From the NCBI RefSeq assembly GCF_009914755.1, contig NC_060937.1: a DNA stretch of 64,000 bases. One strand, given 5' to 3'. Below, piece after piece: positions 55,149 to 64,000 of this stretch. The notes below the pieces were generated by a model that worked only from the letters and a program-made list of their open reading frames with translations, was not told the DNA's origin and searched no databases. This stretch comes from the human T2T-CHM13v2.0 reference genome, Homo sapiens. Position numbers and translations under genes: made by a program. Each line of letters begins with the position of its first letter. Within the stretch, counting starts at the first letter, position 1.

Positions 55149-56863
55149 CTAATGAATCAGAATAGCACATAGTCAACATACAAGAGACTACATAAAAATA
55201 GATCTTTGATTTAAATATATAAGTAAAAATAGTGACTTTTTGAGCAAAGTCACTATTTTGACAACTGAAATCTGATTTTGAAATTTTAAATATAAACGTA
55301 GACACGAATTGCAAGGCAAAGCATTTCTATGAAATAGTGTTACCATCAAGAAAATACACACAACTTCAACCCCAATTAGGGGTGTATGGGGAAGAAGAAA
55401 AAGAACAGCATCCTTAAGTTACTCCACTGGCAGAAGACTATGGTGGTGGTGGAACAACAGCTTTTGATTGTGAGGACCCCAATATGGAAGAAAGTAATTT
55501 TTTAAATGTGATTTTTTAATATTATCACTATAATCTCAAGAGAGGCAGAAACACTTGCAATCAAAATGATGAATTTGAAAATATAAATATGTAATCTCCC
55601 ACCCCCATTCTACAAAGAATGCATTTATTTCCTGGAAACTGCCATATCAACTTTCAATGATCATGTTCACTTGCAAAAGAAATCCACTTAAAAAAATCAC
55701 AGTATTGTTGCAAACATCAAAGATTTTTATACAAGTATAGGAAGTACACACTTAAAATATCAGACTGGAACACTTACCAAACAGTGTTTTCCTAAAGTAG
55801 TATCTATAGTACATTTCTTTATTCATATATCTTCAAATGGTCAAGTTTTCTTTCATACATCCAAAATGTAATGTGATGTTTTCTTATTCACCAAATGTTA
55901 GCTCTACTTGCAGTCTGGTTCCAAACTAATCAGCCTGCTTTTAAATTTTAAGACATTTGTTGAAAATTTATAGGATCAAACCAAACTCAAGTGGTATAAT
56001 TTTTAAACATTGGATTGTACATTATTGTAAGGGTACCAGTAACCATTATTATTAAGAATAAGTTAGTGATTATAGCTCCTTTTGTGATAATTGGGGGGAA
56101 GGGTAGATCACCATCTGGAATGGTCTATTTTAATTTTTTTCTTTTCTTTTTTCTTTTCTTTTTTTTTTTAAATCAAGGAACATTGTCTTGGCTTTTTTTT
56201 TTTTTTTTTTTTTGTCATTGCTTTTCTCTTTTCTTTCCTTTTTTTTTTTTAAAGAGACCATTCCACTTTATTATAACATCTGGATGCATAAGGACTCATG
56301 TAAAGCAGTCATACACCATTATCATTAAAACCCATATGGTAAAATACATACACAGTCCAACAAAAGGCTAATACATAGTAAAGCCTAAGCATACTACTAT
56401 GTAATATTATAATACATAACTTGGAGACTTTAGTTAGAGTACTATGTTATCTATTCAGTTTTGAAAACATTCATTAAGATTTTAAATGCAAATTCATTCC
56501 TTATTTGGAATAAAACAAAGTCCTCTAAGTTATAACAAGTATTGGTCATAAGTTTTCAGACCTATTCATTAAATTACAAAGAACCCAAAGAATTCTGTGA
56601 TGTCCAGTAGAAGTATGTAATAAAAACATTGCATATGTTTCTAGTGTGATGTCTTTAGCAATTGTTTACTGAAGTAAAATGCAAACATCAATCTTTCAAA
56701 ATACAAGATCAGAAGGTAGTTTTCTTCTTTTTTGTCTATTTGTGAAATCCATCTTCATCACATTTTACCAAAAATTGTTTTTACAAATATGTAAAAGTAC
56801 ATTAGATAATACTAATGAAACACAGGTAGAGTTCTAGCATATGTAGATCAATGATCAGTCAAA
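55149..56863 (-). other. RBM26: Proximal 3'UTR of RBM26 with several poly(A) signals
   Basis: Follows the stop codon; AATAAA (plus-strand tttatt) at 56267-56272, 55818-55823 and 55624-55629; the true 3' end cannot be fixed from sequence. Confidence 0.75.
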
Positions 56864-56953
56864 TCATCTTCTCCAAGAACGAGATTCATTGTCCTCTTCT
56901 TCTTCATCATCATCTTGAAGTAATGAGTCATCCACCAAAGACTCTTCCTGAAA
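56864..56953 (-). CDS. RBM26: RBM26 last coding exon (acidic C-terminus)
   Basis: aacctaaag|TTT CAG GAA... translates to FQEESLVDDSLLQDDDEEEEDNESRSWRR*; the acidic tail ending SWRR is characteristic of RBM26/RBM27. Confidence 0.92.
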   Translation of the reverse strand, partial: FQEESLVDDSLLQDDDEEEEDNESRSWRR

Positions 56954-57849
56954 CTTTAGGTTAAAATGTATTTAGGAATTTACCCAAAAAAAAAAAAAGA
57001 AAAGAAAAAAAAGGTGACACTTTTAAATACTCATCTCTCTCAACAGAGTTGAATACAAAAGGTATTTTTATAGCTAGAACATTCACAAAACAAAGAAAAG
57101 CAACATTTAACCACTCAATGGTTTCTCTATATGATCTATTCTATTGCTTGCATGAAACACACTAAACAAATATCAAATAAAGCCTTTGTACATGCCATTT
57201 TTTCCTGCCTCTCTTTAGCAAATTACGCCATCTTCTGTACCTTTAAAATATTGGTCAAACTTTTTAAAAAAGAAAACAGTAAGTTTTCTCTAATTTACCC
57301 TCCTAACCTTGAATACTAAAATCAACCAATGACTTGTATAAAATTCTACCAAGATTTATATTTATATTTATTTTCTGCTGTATGCAACAAACATTTTCTA
57401 TTATTGCATTCCTTTCTTTTCCCCATTCCCTTCATAAACACTTCTCAGACTGCTATTTCAAACTTTTCAAAATACCTAATACCAGGAGCTCTCCTGCTTT
57501 TCTCCCCATTCAATTCAAACTCATGGAAGGACAAAGGTATAATCTAAAATATAAAATGACAAATCATGTATATGAGTTTCAAAATATACATTTTTATTCT
57601 TGCATTTGACTATGGATATGTATAACAGCCTTGAAATGCTCTTCAAACAAAATGAAGTGCCATTATGAAGGTAAAACATGGAATTATTTAGTTTTCCCAC
57701 CTTACCTTTATTTATTAACTTAAACTTTTTCCTAAAGTTTATTTTGTGATTAAGTAAGAGTTGCTTACTTTTAAGTTTTTGGTTTCAAAGGCCTCTAACA
57801 CTTCACTGGCCCGTACCTCTTAGCCATCAGACTAACTGCTGTTACTCAA

Positions 57850-58240
57850 AGAAAAATGCACACTTTCATTTTTCCTGATGCTTATCCCTCCATCTAAAAT
57901 ACCTCTCAATTATATTACCAGCTCCAGTTCTAGCTTATGAAGCTGTTTTACTGCTTAGGGCCCAGTTCCACTATCAATACCTCCTTTAAAATTTTTGGGA
58001 TGGAAACAATCACTCCTTCCTCTGAGTTTCCAGAGCATGTTGTTCAAATCTTTATTCAGCGTTATCAGTCTGCCTTTTATTGTAACTAGTTTCTTATGTG
58101 TCTGCCACCACCCCCCTTTTCAGATTATAAGCTCCTTGATGATAGATAGGGACCGTGTCTTATTCATTTTTGTGCCTATGACAGTATCTACCATATAACA
58201 GGCATTCATTCTAATGACTAAAATGATAAATGAATTAAAA
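57850..58240 (+). mobile_element. L2 3' fragment in the terminal intron
   Basis: agattataagctccttga...gggaccgtgtcttattcatttttgtg. Confidence 0.6.
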
Positions 58241-58590
58241 TAAAGGAAAGCTGAAATGTTAATAAAGCAACTGAGAATAGATTATCCTAAAACTTAAAAT
58301 ATTACAAGATTTCCTGTGGATAAAAATCTAATGAATAATCATTGTCTCTAAGGGTAAATAAAAATTGAGTATATATATATGATTTTCATATATTCTTTTT
58401 GAATTAGCAATCCACATTTCTTCTCATTATCCAGAAAATTTAAAGTTGTTTGCATTTATCTGATATCCCCTGCCTGGACTATGGGTCAGGAATAAAAGTT
58501 TTATGTTAAAATCACGGCCATAAAAATCACATTTTATATAAAAGCTATGAACGATTAAGGGTAAAAATAAGTGGAAAAAAAATAACATAC

Positions 58591-58704
58591 TTCTTCTTCA
58601 TCAGGCTCAACTTCTTCTGTTTCAACAGCTGAAATATTAGTTACTGGTTTATTCCATGCCAGTTTTAGATCTTGCCCTTTGAAACGAGCTCCATGAACTG
58701 CAGC
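58591..58704 (-). CDS. RBM26: RBM26 penultimate coding exon (end of a C-terminal RRM-like region)
   Basis: cattttag|GCT...GAA|gtatgt; 114 nt, phase 0-0; AAVHGARFKGQDLKLAWNKPVTNISAVETEEVEPDEEE joins in frame to the last exon. Confidence 0.92.
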
Positions 58705-60269
58705 CTAAAATGATTAAAAATATTGGAATATAAGACATTAAAAATTTCTGAAGAAAAAAATAAATGTCATAGTGCCTAACATTAAAATTAAAATAGCTAA
58801 AGACAACTGAAGATGGCTATCTGCCCATTTGCTTTTTGATTATTTACTATTCAATTTACTATTATTATAATTTACACTTTACTTTTTATGGTTATTTACT
58901 CCTACAATCAGACTAGTAATTGCAAATTCCTTTAAAAAGAAAACAAGAATAATTTCTCATAATAAAATATAGCTATTTCACTACTGGCCAATATTTGACT
59001 AAAAGAAATATGTCTACATGTTTATAACACAATGACAACTGCTGTTTAAGATGACAATCCCAAGGTACTTCAAGATCCTAGTTTTAATGTCTGAATCAAT
59101 GTCTAAATTAGGATCAATATGCTAAATATATTTTATTTCAATTACTGTTCATTTACAAATGGTATATAATTATTAATCTTTAATAATAATTTTGCATGTG
59201 TAAAGTATATTATTTTCAAATTACATCAAATGACCAACTACCATAAAATGTTTATTATAAAACTAAAACAAAATATAAGTGTCTCAATGAAAGGAAAAAA
59301 AACCCCTCTGAACTCTTCTATTGAAAAACAGTTTTTCCTACCAAACTTTTATAACTGAATATAAAACGTGAACTTAAAAAATAGTCATGTCTAAGTACTT
59401 GCTATATTAAGTGGCTGGTTTGGAAACTGCATTCAAATTAGAGTAACATGAACTAAGGTAAATCAGTGTTAGCAACATATTGCCAATAACTTATACTCAC
59501 ACAAGATTTATAATACAATCTCAAAGTACAGCATAATGTGAAATGTAGAAACAATTACATATTCAATGATATTTGACATAAGTTGTGTGGTATTAAAATC
59601 CCCAGGTATAAATTTTAAACCTGCACATATAAATTTATGATAAATTTAAAAGATTTCATGCCTGTTCAAATGCTGCTCAGAGAATTTTTGTCACAATGTC
59701 ATACAACTAGAATTTTTTTAAAAAGTACTTATATGTATTTTAGTTCCAGGACAATTTGCAATTTTTTGAAGCTATCACTGTTACATAAAAATGTATCATA
59801 TTCTATAAGGAATTCCAACTGTTTAATGCAAAATACCTACTCATAAAACTCATCCTTACATTCAGCTAAAAAAAATTCACCTAAAAAGCAAAAGAGTTAC
59901 TGACATTTTCAAAAATAAGTTACTGACAAAAATTTCTGATGATCTAACTTTACACATCTCTATATTCAGCACACAGCTCCTCAAATCTATAAGATGAGGC
60001 TACAACTTTCTAAAGTTTCAACTTTAATTACAAAATGATTTACAAACTTTTTATTAACATTGCTCCATTACAAACTTGAGAATTAGGCTGTGTAAATTTT
60101 TGAAAGAACTGAGTTTTTGCTTTGTAGAGATGTAAATTTACTCAGGAAAACTAAGAACTTCTGATGTTATAAGAAACATATTCCATAATTACTTTCATTT
60201 TGATAAAACTATGTTTTATATTAGAAAAGTTCAAGAAACCAATATTTCAGGTAATTGCAACATAAAATC

Positions 60270-61190
60270 TTTAAAGTTTAAACAATTCCTTCTGTAACCC
60301 ACCCATTTCACTTTTTACAAAGATTCAAAATTTCAGGCCATGTAATGTAAAAAAGCAGTCCATGATTATCCCTAGCCCTAAGAGATAACCACTATTCTGT
60401 GAGGAATTCGGAGTTAAATCCTACATATATTTTTCTACACACATACTGAAAGAACTTCTGTATATAAATATGTATGGTATGTATACGGAAACATACTAGT
60501 TTATAACTTCATGGTTAAATTATTAACCCAATTCTTTTCATAAATATCTCTCGATGTCCATACCAATAAATGTCACTTTTCTTGAATGGCCATATATATT
60601 ATATATTTAGCATAATTAAAGCAATTTCTACAGATATGAACAATCTTGTGTATTTGTACATCTTGTGTGACTTTCTATTAGAAGTGAAATGTTTGACTTT
60701 TTTCACAATCTGGCCTGCTTGTATTTTTCTAATTGAATGAAGTTTGGTGATATTTTGGGCAAAATATTTTCCCCGATTGGATTTTGATTTTATGATGCAC
60801 CTTTTATTGGAGAGAAAGGGGTTGTTGTTGTTCTTTTGTTTTTGTCATCAACAAGTTTTAAATTTTTCATGTACTGGAATTTACCAATATTTTCCTTTAT
60901 GAATATCGTGCCATACCTTAAAAAGCCCTCTCAATATTAAGACTATTTTTTTTAAATCCCTAGGATTTTACTATTTAAAAAAAAGAATTTTGTAGCATGT
61001 ATTAAATGTTTTATGTATTAAAAAAAGAAAAAAAATTCATCCAATTTAATTTATTTGGATATTTAAAAAAGACATAATGCTGTCTTTTTTCCAAATAGCT
61101 AGTCAATTGCCCCAACATCATTTACTGAATAACTTGTTTTATTCCTTGATTTAAAACAACTCCTTTGTGATCCATTAAAATCCTCATAAA
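60270..61190 (-). mobile_element. Old L1 (L1ME-like) fragments, intronic
   Basis: ccctaagagataaccactatt; ttccaaatagctagtcaattgccccaacatcatttactgaataa. Confidence 0.55.
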
Positions 61191-62406
61191 GTCAGCCACC
61201 ACAGAACAATGTTTTGGTCAACAATGACTATATACAAAAGTGGTCCCCTAAGATTTTAATAAACCTGAAAAATTCCTATTGCTTAGTGACCTTATAACTA
61301 TCATAATACATTACTCACATGGTGATACTGGTGTAAACAAACCGATTGTGCTGCCAGTCCAGTCATATAAAAGTATGGCACGCACAATTATGTACAGCAT
61401 AATACTTGAATATGGTGGCAAACGACTGTTACTAGTTTACATATTTACTATACTATACTCTTTATCATTATTTTAGAGTGTACTCTAATTTTTTTTAAGT
61501 TAATTATAAAACAGCCTCAGGCAGTTTCCTCAGGAGGTATTTCAGAAGAAGGAACTGTTATCGTAGGCCTCAGCCTATAATACACACATTGCCTATGACA
61601 GCTGTGTGTGTGTTACTGCCCCTCAAGACTTTCCAGTGGGACAAGACGTAAAGGTAGAAAACGGTGATACTGATGATTCTGACCATGTTTAGACATAGAC
61701 TAATGTATGTGTTTGTGTCTTAGTTTTTAATTAAAAGTTTAAAAAGTAAAACATAAAAAAATGTTAAAAATAGACAAAAGCTTATTGAATAAGGATATAA
61801 AGAAAGTATTTTTGTACAGCTGTGCAACGTGTCTGTTTTATGCTAAGTGGCGTTACAAGAGTCAAAAAGTTTTTAAAAATTGTAAAGTTTAAAAGTAAAA
61901 GTTAGAGCAAACTAAGGTTAATTTATTATTAAAGAAAGATAAAATGTTCTTATAAACTTAGTATAGCCTAAGTGTACAGTGTTTATAAGGTCTAAAGTAC
62001 GAGTTTATAAAATACGATGGTAATGTTCTAGGCCTTTACATTCACTCACTAACTCACCCAGAGCAATTTCCAGTCCTGCAAATGCCATTCATGGTAGGTA
62101 CCCCATACAGGTATACCATGTTTTATCTTTTATACCCTATTTTTACTGTACCTTTTCTATGTTTAGATATTTTTGCCTACACAAATACTTACCATTGTGT
62201 TACAAGTGCCTCAGTATTCAGTATAGTTAACACAATGCCAGAGTTTCGTAGCCTAAGACCAACGGGCTATATACCATAGAGTGTAGGTGTGTAGTAGGTT
62301 ATATCATTTATGTTTGTGTAAATACACTCTGTGATGTGTACACAACAATGAAATTGTCTAACAACACATTTTTCAGGTCATATCCCTCTTAAGTGGCACA
62401 TGATTG
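61191..62406. mobile_element. Tigger3/MER7-like DNA transposon (~1.2 kb)
   Basis: aacaatgttttggtcaacaatgac...gtggtcccctaagatt; acagcctcaggcag...ttcagaagaagg; end ttaagtggcacatgattg followed by TA. Confidence 0.8.
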
Positions 62407-62759
62407 TATAAACTTAGGTCTATTTCTGAACTGTATTGTACTATATTATCTGCTTTGTACTGCTTTTAAACAGTACGAATAATTAATGCAAATAACTTTT
62501 TAAAGTATGCTATGGCAGTGCTTCAAGAGTTATGCATGTACTTTAAAATTCCATTAAAATATATTTTTAAAAGTGAACTGTATAGCCATTTATAAAATGT
62601 TAAGGAACACCATGTTTAAATGTGCTCTACAGGATGCCTACTTGGGCTAGGACGTAGTGGTCAAAAAGGTGAAAGTGGACCTAAATGTAAAAATCCACAA
62701 AATATGAAAGGGGGGGAAATAGTATCAGATGAAGATAAAATTTGCTTCCCAATGCAAAT

Positions 62760-64000
<1,241 letters not shown>

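Noticed and set aside
56130-56272. Retrocopy or Alu tail as the origin of the AATAAA plus A-run in the RBM26 UTR
   Set aside because: No SINE/LINE body or adjacent TSD is visible; note that oligo-dT internal priming here can create false poly(A) sites in 3'-end data
56954-58590. Possible U12-type terminal intron (ttcctaaat and ttttaac near the AG)
   Set aside because: The donor is GTATGT, not the U12 consensus GTATCCTT, and the branch-like motif is imperfect
58698-58706. Alternative acceptor GCTGCAG 7 nt inside the penultimate exon
   Set aside because: Would shift the frame; the upstream ttttag gives a continuous frame and nothing in the sequence supports use of the inner site

Overview
Mammalian (primate, almost certainly human) genomic DNA, repeat-rich and mostly intergenic. 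The right end holds the 3' end of RBM26 on the minus strand: a 114-nt coding exon (58591-58704), a terminal coding exon ending ...DDDEEEEDNESRSWRR* (56864-56953) with its 3'UTR, and a candidate distal alternative last exon (51243 down to about 48090) that would replace the acidic tail with QREIIIA*. The left 47 kb is transposon-dominated: a 5.7-kb HERV-H/LTR7 provirus (10324-16065, +) nested in an MST LTR that is itself inside an older MLT1, a full-length decayed L1PA5/6-like element (36323-42341), Tigger1, Tigger3, MADE1, an LTR18-like solo LTR inside an Alu, and many Alu, MIR, L2 and old L1 fragments. The most interesting signal is the RBM26 3' end. It combines a weak terminal acceptor with a displaced U-tract, a 3'UTR A-rich block clamped by an 11-bp stem right after an AAUAAA, a 23-nt perfect complement between that A-block and the intron U-tract, and two consensus 5' splice sites inside the UTR. 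Together these suggest a poly(A)-sensing feedback switch in a gene for a nuclear poly(A)-RNA decay factor; this is a hypothesis, not a demonstrated mechanism. Gene and repeat subfamily names come from recognition by eye, not database searches, and boundaries of old repeats are approximate.
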